Assembly: GCF_042660085.1 (NCBI RefSeq)
Contig: NZ_JBHSTI010000008.1
Span: 330,001 to 362,000, forward strand
Origin: Longivirga aurantiaca
Lineage (GTDB): Bacteria > Actinomycetota > Actinomycetes > S36-B12 > CAIYMF01
Direction: 5' to 3'
DNA length: 32,000 nt
The notes beneath the pieces are model-generated. The model ran no database searches. It had not been told where the DNA came from and saw only the letters and a program-made list of their open reading frames with translations. Positions 1 through 7,552 of the stretch are shown here, piece by piece. How positions within the stretch are numbered: the first letter of the stretch is position 1; each line of letters starts with the position of its first letter. Made by a program: the position numbers and the translations under genes.

Positions 1-605
1 GCGTGATGGCCGGGCTGGGTGCCGCCATCAACACCGGCAACGTCGGCCGCGGCGACACCGTCGCCGTCATCGGCTGCGGCGGCGTCGGCGACGCCGCGAT
101 CGCAGGCTCCCTGCTCGCGGGCGCCCGCACGATCATCGCCGTCGACATCGACGACCGGAAGCTCGAGACCGCCAAGAAGTTCGGCGCCACCCACACGGTC
201 AACTCGCGCACCGTGGACGCCGTCGAGGCGATCCGCGAGGCCACCGGCGGCTTCGGGGCCGACGTCGTCATCGAGGCGATCGGCCGCCCGGAGACGTACG
301 AGCAGGCGTTCTACGCGCGCGACCTCGCCGGCACCGTCGTGCTCGTCGGCGTGCCCGACCCGTCGATGAGGATCGAGCTCCCGCTCATCGAGTTCTTCGG
401 CCGCGGCGGCGCGCTCAAGTCGAGCTGGTACGGCGACTGCCTCCCCTCCCGCGACTTCCCCATGCTGATCGACCTCTACCTGCAGGGCCGTCTCCCGCTC
501 GGCGACTTCGTGTCCGAGACGATCGGCATCGGCGACGTCGAGGCCGCGTTCGAGAAGATGCACCACGGCGACGTGCTGCGCTCCGTCGTGGTGATGGGGT
601 CGTGA
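1..605 (+). CDS. Zn-dependent (MDR family) alcohol dehydrogenase, C-terminal ~200 aa; the 5' end lies outside the window. Most like S-(hydroxymethyl)mycothiol / class III formaldehyde dehydrogenase.
   Basis: ORF 3..605 is open to the window edge. It has the Rossmann motif '[12 protein letters not shown]' and an MDR-type C-terminus '[16 protein letters not shown]', with high GC3. Its stop overlaps the next start (GTGA, 602-605). Confidence 0.8.
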   Translation, partial: VMAGLGAAINTGNVGRGDTVAVIGCGGVGDAAIAGSLLAGARTIIAVDIDDRKLETAKKFGATHTVNSRTVDAVEAIREATGGFGADVVIEAIGRPETYEQAFYARDLAGTVVLVGVPDPSMRIELPLIEFFGRGGALKSSWYGDCLPSRDFPMLIDLYLQGRLPLGDFVSETIGIGDVEAAFEKMHHGDVLRSVVVMGS

Positions 606-1228
606 CCGCGAAGGTCGAGCGGCTCGTCACGAGCGGCGTCTTCAGCCTCGACGGCCAGGACTTCGACGTCGACAACAACGTCTGGCTGATCGGCGACGAG
701 TCCGAGGTGGTCGTGATCGACGCCGCGCACGACTCCGGCGCGATCATCTCCGAGGTCGGCGGACGACGCGTCGTCGCGATCATCTGCACGCACGGCCACA
801 ACGACCACATCACCGCGGCGGCCGACGTCGCAGCCGCCACCGGCGCCGAGATCAGGCTCCATCCGGACGACACGATGCTGTGGGACGTCGTCCACCCCGG
901 GGTCGAGTTCACGCCGCTGGCGGACGGCGACGCGATCGAGGTCGCGGGCACGAGCCTGCAGGTGCTGCACACCCCGGGCCACTCGCCCGGCGGCGTCTGC
1001 CTCTACGCACCCGACCTCGGCGTCCTCGTGTCGGGAGACACCCTCTTCCACGGCGGCCCGGGCGCCACGGGCCGGTCGTTCAGCAGCTTCCCGACGATCC
1101 TCGGCTCCATCCGCGACCGGCTTCTCACGCTGCCCGCCGGCACCCGTGTCCTGACGGGCCACGGCGACGAGACGACGATCGGCGCCGAGGCGGACGACTA
1201 CGACGCGTGGGTCGCGCGCGGCCACTGA
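602..1228 (+). CDS. MBL-fold metallo-hydrolase (glyoxalase II-like thioesterase; candidate S-formylmycothiol hydrolase)
   Basis: HxHxDH motif 'THGHNDH' and a later 'HTPGHSPG'. The GTG start overlaps the ADH stop. The thioesterase role is inferred from context only. Confidence 0.8.
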   Translation: MTAKVERLVTSGVFSLDGQDFDVDNNVWLIGDESEVVVIDAAHDSGAIISEVGGRRVVAIICTHGHNDHITAAADVAAATGAEIRLHPDDTMLWDVVHPGVEFTPLADGDAIEVAGTSLQVLHTPGHSPGGVCLYAPDLGVLVSGDTLFHGGPGATGRSFSSFPTILGSIRDRLLTLPAGTRVLTGHGDETTIGAEADDYDAWVARGH

Positions 1229-1337
1229 CGGCAACCCGGCACCGGGTAGGGCGCGTCCGCTGCATCGGGGACGCCCCCTCGCTCATCCCGACCCGAGGTG
1301 GGCGGGGACCGGTGCCGGACGGGGTAGCCTCCGAGAC

Positions 1338-1691
1338 GTGGAGATCCTGTTCAAGATCCTTGTCGTCCTGCACTTCGTCGGCCTCGCGAGCCTGCTCGGC
1401 GGCTTCCTCGTGCAGATGAGCACCAAGCCGCGCGGCATCAACAACGCGATGCTGCACGGCGTCCTGACCCAGGTGGTCACGGGCATCGCGATAGTGGGGA
1501 TCATCTCCGCAGACCTCCTTGAGGACGAGACGGTCGACAACAGCAAGATCGGCGTGAAGCTCCTGATCGCGCTCTTCGTGCTCGGCGCCGTCCTCCTCGG
1601 ACGTCGCAAGCCCGCCGACGAGCAGCAGCCCTACTGGGCCGCCGCGGGTGCGTTGACGCTGGTCAACGTCATCGTCGCCGTCTTCGTCTAG
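1338..1691 (+). CDS. Small integral membrane protein (117 aa, ~4 hydrophobic segments), function unknown
   Basis: ORF 1338..1691 has a GTG start, consistently G/C-ending codons and hydrophobic helices (e.g. 'ILVVLHFVGLASLLGGFLV'). No convincing SD. Confidence 0.65.
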   Translation: MEILFKILVVLHFVGLASLLGGFLVQMSTKPRGINNAMLHGVLTQVVTGIAIVGIISADLLEDETVDNSKIGVKLLIALFVLGAVLLGRRKPADEQQPYWAAAGALTLVNVIVAVFV

Positions 1692-1948
1692 GCGGTCCGA
1701 GCGCCCGGTTTGGGCGATCCCGGACCCCGGGCCTAGACTCATGGGGCTCCCCGGCGAGGGTGCGCCGGCCGCGAGGCCAGCGTGTCGTGATCGACGCGGA
1801 CCGCGCGGTTGCTGCGCGCCCGCATCTGTCACTGCCGAGGCGCCGACCGCCCCCGCCGCGAGGCGCGGCACCCCACGTTGCACGTGGCCTCCCCGGCCAC
1901 GAACCCCTGCGTGCTGCGCATCTCACGCGTGCAGCCCGCGAACGACAG

Positions 1949-2404
1949 ATGGAGACACCAGTGACCCAGGTCAGCATCACGGCTGAGCCTCGTTCGGACT
2001 TCGGCAAGGGTGCGGCCCGCCGCTCCCGCCGCGCGGGCCTCGTGCCCGCCGTCATCTACGGCCACGGCCAGGAGATCCAGCACGTCGCCCTCCCGGACCA
2101 CGACCTCGCCCTCGCCCTGCGCAAGCCGGGCGTCGTGCTCGAGGTGACGTTCGAGGGCAAGACCGTCCTCGCCGCCCCGCGCGACGTCCAGCGCGACCCG
2201 GTCCGCCGCATCCTCGAGCACGTCGACCTCGTCGTCGTGTCGAAGAAGGAGGCCGAGGCGATCGCCGTGGCCGCCGAGGAGCACGCGGCCGAGCTCGCCG
2301 CCGAGGACGCCCACATGCTCGAGGTCGGCACCGCCGAGACCACCGAGGACGTCGAGGGCGACGCCGCCGAGGCTGCGGCTGCGGCCGAGACCACCGAGGC
2401 CTGA
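1949..2404 (+). CDS. rplY: 50S ribosomal protein L25 / general stress protein Ctc
   Basis: 'SITAEPRSDFGKGAARRSRRAGLVPAVIYGHG' is the L25/Ctc N-terminal signature, followed by an acidic Ala/Glu-rich tail. The start is ATG 1949 or GTG 1961; GGAG at 1951-1954 favours 1961. The upstream part of ORF 1760..2404 is Arg/Pro-rich non-coding. Confidence 0.9.
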   Translation: METPVTQVSITAEPRSDFGKGAARRSRRAGLVPAVIYGHGQEIQHVALPDHDLALALRKPGVVLEVTFEGKTVLAAPRDVQRDPVRRILEHVDLVVVSKKEAEAIAVAAEEHAAELAAEDAHMLEVGTAETTEDVEGDAAEAAAAAETTEA

Positions 2405-2421
2405 GCCCCACCCAGCATTTC

Positions 2422-2458
2422 CCGAGCGCCCCGCACCCACCCGGTGCGGGGCGCTCGG
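2422..2458 (+). terminator. Stem-loop after rplY (16-bp perfect stem, 5-nt loop)
   Basis: CCGAGCGCCCCGCACC-caccc-GGTGCGGGGCGCTCGG, 18 nt after the rplY stop. No U-tract, which is common in high-GC actinobacteria. Confidence 0.6.
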
Positions 2459-2494
2459 CATGAGCGGGCGCTCCGCGCGTCCGGATGAGGGAGG

Positions 2495-3085
2495 ATGCAC
2501 GGCGTGAGCACCGAGACCGCGCCCTGGCTCGTCGTCGGGCTGGGCAACCCGGGCCCGGACTACGCCGACACCCGGCACAACGTCGGCCAGCTCGTCGTCG
2601 ACGAGCTCGCGGCCCGGTGCCGCGGGAAGTTCGCGGGCCACAAGCGCGCCCGGGCCCAGGTGGCCGAGGAGCGGCTCCAGGGCCAGCGCGTGATCCTCGC
2701 CAAGCCGTCGTCGTACATGAACGAGTCGGGCGGCCCGGTGAAGGGCCTGCTCGACTTCTACAAGGTGCCGCTCGAGCACCTCGTGGTCGTGCACGACGAG
2801 CTCGACATCCCGTTCGCGGCTCTGCGGCTCAAGCTCGGCGGCGGCGACAACGGGCACAACGGGCTGAAGTCGGTACGCCGGTCCACGGGCACCGGCGACT
2901 GGTACCGCGTGCGCGTCGGCATCGGCCGCCCGCCGGGCCGGCAGGACCCCGCCGACTTCGTGCTCAAGCCGTGGGGCTCGGTCGAGCGCAAGGAGCTGCC
3001 GCTGCTCGTGGTCGAGGCTGCCGACGCCGTCGAGCTGCTGGTGCACGAGGGCCTCGAGCGCGCCCAGAACCGGTACCACGCGTGA
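2495..3085 (+). CDS. pth: Peptidyl-tRNA hydrolase
   Basis: '[21 protein letters not shown]' and 'GHNGLKS' are Pth motifs. SD 'GAGGGAGG' lies upstream of ATG 2495. Confidence 0.93.
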   Translation: MHGVSTETAPWLVVGLGNPGPDYADTRHNVGQLVVDELAARCRGKFAGHKRARAQVAEERLQGQRVILAKPSSYMNESGGPVKGLLDFYKVPLEHLVVVHDELDIPFAALRLKLGGGDNGHNGLKSVRRSTGTGDWYRVRVGIGRPPGRQDPADFVLKPWGSVERKELPLLVVEAADAVELLVHEGLERAQNRYHA

Positions 3086-3891
3086 GCACCGACGACGCCG
3101 TCCTCTCCCGCGCGATCGCGCGCGAGGCGGGGGCGCTCGTCGTCGGGATCCGTGAGTCGTACGGCGAGATCGAGCGGAGAGACCGCGCGCGCATCCGGGC
3201 CCTGTGCGACCTCGCCGACCGCGAGGCGCACCTCCTGATCGAGCAGCGGCTGCGCGACGCCCGGCCCGACGACGCGCTGCTCTCGGAGGAGGGCGACGGC
3301 GACCTCGCCAGGCTCGACGCCGACCGCGTGTGGATCGTCGACCCGCTCGACGGCACGTGGGAGTACGGCCAGGGCCGCGCCGACTTCGCGGTGCACGTCG
3401 CGCTGTGGAGCCGAGCCGCAGACGCGGCCGGTGCCCTGTCCGCCGGCACCATCGACCTGCCGGCGCAGGGCCAGACCTGGTCGGTGCTCGACGACGTCGT
3501 GGACGGTCCGGCGGCTGCGCTGCCGGTGGGCCGGCCGGTGCGCGTGGTCGTGTCGCGGTCTCGCGAGCCGCAGGACCTCGACCGCGTCGTGCGCGGGCTG
3601 CGGTCGGGTCTCGGCGTCGACGTCGAGGTGCTCCATGTGGGCTCGGTCGGCGCGAAGGCCGCGGTCGTGCTGCGGGGCGAGGCCGAGCTCTACCTGCACG
3701 ACGCCGGCTTCCACGACTGGGACCTGGCCGCGCCGCTCGCCGTCGCCCTGCACCGGGGCCTCGTCTGCCTGTCGCCCGAGGGTGACGGATTCAGCTTCAA
3801 CGGCCGCTCGACCGTGCAGCCCGGCATCGTGATGGCCACGCCGTCCGTGGCGCCGGCCGTACGCGACCTGCTGGGGCTGCCCACCCCCTGA
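3082..3891 (+). CDS. cysQ: Inositol monophosphatase family protein, CysQ-like 3'(2'),5'-bisphosphate nucleotidase
   Basis: In the frame of ORF 2485..3891. GTG 3082 overlaps the pth stop (GTGA). Contains 'EE' and the '[12 protein letters not shown]' metal-binding motif (DPLDGTxE is CysQ-like rather than DPIDGTxNF). Confidence 0.7.
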   Translation: MSTDDAVLSRAIAREAGALVVGIRESYGEIERRDRARIRALCDLADREAHLLIEQRLRDARPDDALLSEEGDGDLARLDADRVWIVDPLDGTWEYGQGRADFAVHVALWSRAADAAGALSAGTIDLPAQGQTWSVLDDVVDGPAAALPVGRPVRVVVSRSREPQDLDRVVRGLRSGLGVDVEVLHVGSVGAKAAVVLRGEAELYLHDAGFHDWDLAAPLAVALHRGLVCLSPEGDGFSFNGRSTVQPGIVMATPSVAPAVRDLLGLPTP

Positions 3892-3895
3892 AACC

Positions 3896-3938
3896 GATCG
3901 ATCCGTCGCTTCCCGGGGTGGGAAGCAACGGATCGATC
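3896..3938. terminator. Bidirectional stem-loop between convergent cysQ and the 101-aa ORF
   Basis: GATCGATCCGT-c-GCTTCCC-ggggt-GGGAAGC-a-ACGGATCGATC: 18 bp with one C/A mismatch. Confidence 0.6.
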
Positions 3939-3971
3939 AGGGTGAGCGTGCGGGGTGGGCCCGCGGAAGCG

Positions 3972-4277
3972 TCAGGCGCTGAGAATGTCGGCGGGGTGCG
4001 GCAGCGGGGCGCGCAGCGCCTCCACCGAGGCCGCGACGTAGCCGAACGCGCGCAGGCGCGCGATCTCGCTGGCGTGGTCGTCGGCGAGCACCGAGACAAG
4101 TCCGGCGTCGACGCCGAGCTCGCGGGCCTCGAGCACGAGGCCGAGCACGCGCGGCGTGTGCGAGACGATGCCGTCCTCGGCCACGGCGTGGGCCAGCGCG
4201 TCGAGGTCGATGCGGTCGGCGGTGGCCAGGCGGGTGACGGTGGCGACCGTGCTCGTCGTGGTGGTGATGGCGTCCAT
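3972..4277 (-). CDS. Hypothetical small protein (101 aa), divergent from the LysR regulator
   Basis: ORF 3972..4277 has almost exclusively G/C-ending codons and GGAGG 5 nt upstream of the ATG. I recognise no family. Confidence 0.6.
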   Translation of the reverse strand: MDAITTTTSTVATVTRLATADRIDLDALAHAVAEDGIVSHTPRVLGLVLEARELGVDAGLVSVLADDHASEIARLRAFGYVAASVEALRAPLPHPADILSA

Positions 4278-4371
4278 GTCGACCTCCGTCTCGTGCGGGC
4301 GAGTGGTCCTCGCTGGCTACGCCCCTGACGGTACGCGGAATTCTGCATAAGGAAAAACGACTGCTGTTGAT

Positions 4372-4388
4372 TATAGTCATCGCGAATA
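4372..4388. promoter_or_regulatory. LysR-type T-N11-A box (TAT-N11-ATA) in an AT-rich divergent promoter region
   Basis: TATAGTCATCGCGAATA sits inside the window's most AT-rich stretch (4341-4400), flanked by the inverted CATAAG (4346-4351) / CTTATG (4389-4394). Confidence 0.45.
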
Positions 4389-4401
4389 CTTATGAGACGC
4401 T

Positions 4402-5352
4402 GTGACCGTGAGCACACGGCTTCGCGACCTCGAGATCCGTCACCTGACCGCGCTGCGGGCGGTGGTGGAGGAAGGCACCTTCGCCGATGCTGCCGCAGTC
4501 CTCGGCTTCAGCCAGGCCGCGATCAGCCAGCAGATCGCCGGCCTCGAGCGCGCCGTGGGCATGCCGGTTCTCGACCGACCCGGGGGCCCCCGCCCCGCAA
4601 CCCTTACTCCCGCAGGCCGTCTCGTGCTCGGCTACGCGCACCGGATCCTCGACCGGATCGACCAGGCTGCCCGCGAGCTCGACGACCTCGCGTCGGGCAC
4701 CGGCGGTCGGCTGGTGGTGGGCACCTTCCAGTCGGTCTCGGTGCGGCTCCTGCCGCGCCTGATCGCCGCCATGCGCGCCGAGCGCCCCGACGTCGCCATC
4801 GAGATCGTCCCCGGCGAGCTCTTGCCCGAGCTGGCGGGCCTGCTCATCGAGGGCGACGTCGACGTCACGTTCCTCGACCAGCGCGTGAAGCATCCGGACG
4901 TCGCGGTGCAGGTGGTGCTGCACGACCCCTATGTCGTGGTCACGCGCAGGGACGACCCGGTGCTCGGGCACCTGCGCGGCGGTGCCTACCCGGTGGCCGC
5001 CCTGGGGGAGCGGCCGATCCTCGGCCCTGAGCCGCACCACGCGCACGCGCAGACCGAGGCGTGGCTCGCGCAGCACGGCGTCGTGCCGCGGTACTCGTTC
5101 CGCACCAACGACAACGGCGCGCTGCAGGCTCTCGTCGCGGCCGGCCTCGGGGCCGCGGTGATGCCGCTGCTCGCCGTCGACGAGTCCGACCCGGACGTGG
5201 TGGTGCTGCACACGCGGCCGAGGATGCCGCCCCGCGACGTGTACGTCGCCCGACGTACCGGTGCGTCGGCGACCGCGGCGGCCGACCGGTTCTACGAGAT
5301 GGCGGTCGGGCTCGGAGCAGGCCGGCTGCTGCAGCTGTCGGCCGAGGCCTGA
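4402..5352 (+). CDS. LysR family transcriptional regulator
   Basis: N-terminal wHTH 'LTALRAVVEEGTFADAAAVLGFSQAAISQQIAGLE' with a LysR substrate-binding-like C-terminal part. Start is GTG 4402 or 4408. Confidence 0.9.
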   Translation: MTVSTRLRDLEIRHLTALRAVVEEGTFADAAAVLGFSQAAISQQIAGLERAVGMPVLDRPGGPRPATLTPAGRLVLGYAHRILDRIDQAARELDDLASGTGGRLVVGTFQSVSVRLLPRLIAAMRAERPDVAIEIVPGELLPELAGLLIEGDVDVTFLDQRVKHPDVAVQVVLHDPYVVVTRRDDPVLGHLRGGAYPVAALGERPILGPEPHHAHAQTEAWLAQHGVVPRYSFRTNDNGALQALVAAGLGAAVMPLLAVDESDPDVVVLHTRPRMPPRDVYVARRTGASATAAADRFYEMAVGLGAGRLLQLSAEA

Positions 5353-5397
5353 CGCGCGAGAGCCGGGTCGGCAGGACGCCGACCCGGCTCTCGCGCG
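5353..5397. terminator. Bidirectional stem-loop (20-bp perfect stem) between convergent LysR and DoxX genes
   Basis: CGCGCGAGAGCCGGGTCGGC-aggac-GCCGACCCGGCTCTCGCGCG, immediately after the LysR stop. Confidence 0.7.
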
Positions 5398-5404
5398 GAG
5401 TGCG

Positions 5405-5986
5405 CTACTGCAGCCAGCTCGGGGCCTTGGCCTCCCACATGCGGCCGATCCCGAGGTACCGACCGGCATGCACGATCATCAGCAGCATGAGCACCGCGCT
5501 GTAGATGATGTGCTCGTCGAGGATCGGGTTGTTCGAGGCGACGGTGGAGCCGCCCTCGTCGACGTACTTCGCCCACGGGGCGACGGCGAGCCACATGCTG
5601 AGCAGCAGGACCGACGCGCCGATGCACGAGATGCGCATGCCGATGCCGAGCACGAGGCCGACGCCGGCGCCCAGCAGCGCGCCCATGAACAGCCAGTTGA
5701 TGAACGCGCTGGGTGCGGTGGGGGCGAGGCTCGTGAAGAAGTCGTGGAACGGCCCGTTCGGGTTGGCGCCGAACTTCAGGAACCCCGCGGTCGGGTTGCC
5801 CTCGCCGGTCCCGAACATCCAGCCCTTGGCGGTGGCGTAGCCGAACCCGAAGCACTTGTCGAGGAAGGCCCACAGGAACGTGAACCCGATGAGGATGCGG
5901 ATGACTCCTGCCCAGGTCCGTGCCGAGGGCGGCACGAGCAGGTCGTCGGACGTCTGGCCTGTCGATCGATCGATGGTGGTGGACAT
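5405..5986 (-). CDS. DoxX-family integral membrane protein
   Basis: ORF 5405..6112, with the start taken at ATG 5986 ('MSTTIDRS'). About 4 TM helices and a DoxX/DoxD-like pattern ('RILIGFTFLWAFLDK', 'GFLKFGANP'). The upstream extension has poor codon bias. Confidence 0.65.
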   Translation of the reverse strand: MSTTIDRSTGQTSDDLLVPPSARTWAGVIRILIGFTFLWAFLDKCFGFGYATAKGWMFGTGEGNPTAGFLKFGANPNGPFHDFFTSLAPTAPSAFINWLFMGALLGAGVGLVLGIGMRISCIGASVLLLSMWLAVAPWAKYVDEGGSTVASNNPILDEHIIYSAVLMLLMIVHAGRYLGIGRMWEAKAPSWLQ

Positions 5987-6118
5987 GGCGACCCCCTGGC
6001 CGAATGGCGGCCCGTCCACCGGGGCGAGTCGCCACACCTGTGAGGTGCCCTCTCCCGCGGTCCGACTGGGCGAGGCCACGAGAACCAGGACCAAGGGCTC
6101 CTCGCGCCACATGGTGTA

Positions 6119-6148
6119 CCTGTTCGCACCCGTACGGGTGCGAACAGG
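6119..6148. repeat. Perfect 30-nt palindrome CCTGTTCGCACCCGTACGGGTGCGAACAGG
   Basis: 13-bp arms around the self-complementary GTAC, ~133 nt upstream of the DoxX start. It could be an operator or a terminator hairpin. Confidence 0.5.
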
Positions 6149-6181
6149 TGCGATGTGGAGTACGGCGTGTCGCGCAGCAGT

Positions 6182-6212
6182 ACGGCCCCGCGACGAACGA
6201 TCGCGGGGCCGT
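6182..6212 (-). terminator. Stem-loop immediately downstream of the msrA-like fragment
   Basis: ACGGCCCCGCGA-cgaacga-TCGCGGGGCCGT (12-bp perfect stem), 15 nt past the fragment stop codon (6227-6229) on the minus strand. Confidence 0.5.
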
Positions 6213-6226
6213 CGTCGTGAGAACGG

Positions 6227-6310
6227 TTACAGCGGCAGGAGGGCGATGCCTGTCTCGGCATGGCAGTCGTAGCCGTGCGGATTCCTGGTCGGCGCGAGAT
6301 GCTGCTGGTG
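6227..6310 (-). pseudogene. Orphan 3'-terminal fragment of an msrA-like gene (last ~27 codons plus stop)
   Basis: The translation '...[27 protein letters not shown]' parallels the intact msrA end '[25 protein letters not shown]'. A nucleotide core at 6252-6277 matches 6710-6735 at 25/26 positions. The rest of ORF 6227..6616 has poor codon bias and no MsrA similarity. Confidence 0.7.
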
Positions 6311-6466
6311 GCCGACGGCGATCCAGGCGAGGCCCAGACAGCGAGCCGGTGCGGCAGGAGTCGGCTCGGCTCGGCCCCCATGCGTCGACTGGGGTTCGGC
6401 GCCTCTCGACGAGACTCCGAGCCACGTCAGTAGAAGGCTGTTGCCCGAATGAGGAGGTGTTCCGCT

Positions 6467-6634
6467 ATGGCGAAGGGCTGGCTCCGAAGGACGCGGGACG
6501 ACGGTTGTGAAGCCTCGTGCTGCCCCGAGTGCGATGCCGAAGCCGATACGGCACTGACGTACTGCACCGTCTGCGGGTACGACATCGTGCGGGGGGCCAA
6601 GATCGACCTGGCTCACCCACCCCAGATGATGTAG
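6467..6634 (+). CDS. Putative zinc-ribbon mini-protein (55 aa)
   Basis: GAGGAGG at 6451-6457, 9 nt before ATG 6467. Two Cys pairs, 'CPEC...(11 aa)...CTVC'. GC3 is about 80%, lower than neighbouring genes. It lies antisense to the non-MsrA part of ORF 6227..6616. Confidence 0.45.
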   Translation: MAKGWLRRTRDDGCEASCCPECDAEADTALTYCTVCGYDIVRGAKIDLAHPPQMM

Positions 6635-6684
6635 AGGCCGCCATGGCCTGCGGTCACAGGGACGACAGGACCTGACCGGGGCTC

Positions 6685-7344
6685 CTAGAGGGGTGGCAGC
6701 GCGAGGCCGGTCTCGGCGTGGCAGTCGTAGCCGTGGGGCACCTTGTAGAGGTACTGCTGGTGGTAGTCCTCGGCGTAGTAGAACGGCAGGCCCTCGGCCG
6801 GGCCGAGCTCGGTGGTGATGGGGTCGAAGCCCTTGGCCACCAGCACCTTCTCGTACGCATCCTTGGTGGCCTGCGCGATCTCGGCCTGCTCCGGCGTCGT
6901 CCAGTACAGCGCCGAGCGGTACTGCGTGCCGACGTCGTTGCCCTGGCGGTAGCCCTGGGTCGGGTCGTGGTTCTCCCAGAACACCTTGAGCAGGTCGTAG
7001 GTCGAGACCTGCTCGGGGTCGTACACGACGAGGACGTTCTCCGCGTGCCCGGTGCGCGCGGTGCAGACCTCCTCGTACGACGGGTTCGGCGTGATGCCGC
7101 CCTGGTAGCCGACGGCCGTGGTGTAGACGCCGGGCACGCGCCAGAAGCGCTTCTCGGCGCCCCAGAAGCAGCCGAGGCCGACGTACAGCGACTGCAGGCC
7201 GTCGGGGAAGGGGCCTTCGAGCGGCGTGCCGAGCACCGCGTGGGTCGCGGGCACGGCGAACGGCCGGGTGGCCCGGCCGGGGAGCGCGTCCGTGGGCGTG
7301 ACCATGCGGGTCTTGGCGGAGGAGTCGAACAGCGAGGAGAACAT
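6685..7344 (-). CDS. msrA: Peptide-methionine (S)-S-oxide reductase MsrA
   Basis: '[13 protein letters not shown]' active site. The N-terminus 'MFSSLFDSS...[10 protein letters not shown]' parallels E. coli MsrA 'MSLFDKK..VSPADALPGR', which sets the start at ATG 7344. Confidence 0.92.
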   Translation of the reverse strand: MFSSLFDSSAKTRMVTPTDALPGRATRPFAVPATHAVLGTPLEGPFPDGLQSLYVGLGCFWGAEKRFWRVPGVYTTAVGYQGGITPNPSYEEVCTARTGHAENVLVVYDPEQVSTYDLLKVFWENHDPTQGYRQGNDVGTQYRSALYWTTPEQAEIAQATKDAYEKVLVAKGFDPITTELGPAEGLPFYYAEDYHQQYLYKVPHGYDCHAETGLALPPL

Positions 7345-7552
7345 GTGCACCAGCCTCTCGGGGGACCGCGGTCGGGGCAACCGCAGGTCCGCACCCTCTG
7401 CAACCGCCGCGGGTCGCGGACCGTTCCCGGCGAGGTGTTACGAGGGTCTGACGTGCTCGCGACGGTGCCGCGCGTGCTCACCGGGTCCCCCGGACGGCTC
7501 AACCTGACGCCGAAACTGCCGATCCTCAACGAGGGATATCGGGAGGGGACAG

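Noticed and set aside
6119-6148. The GTTCGC/GCGAAC half-sites in the palindrome resemble the ClgR operator (GTTCGC-N5-GCG, as I recall it).
   Set aside because: The half-sites here are 12 nt apart, not 5, and no clp or lon genes are adjacent, so I do not call this a ClgR box.
6311-6616. The upstream two-thirds of ORF 6227..6616 (-), considered as part of a real 129-aa gene.
   Set aside because: Only the last ~27 codons resemble MsrA. The remainder has many A/T-ending codons, no SD and no similarity to the corresponding MsrA region, and the opposite strand carries a better-supported zinc-ribbon ORF.
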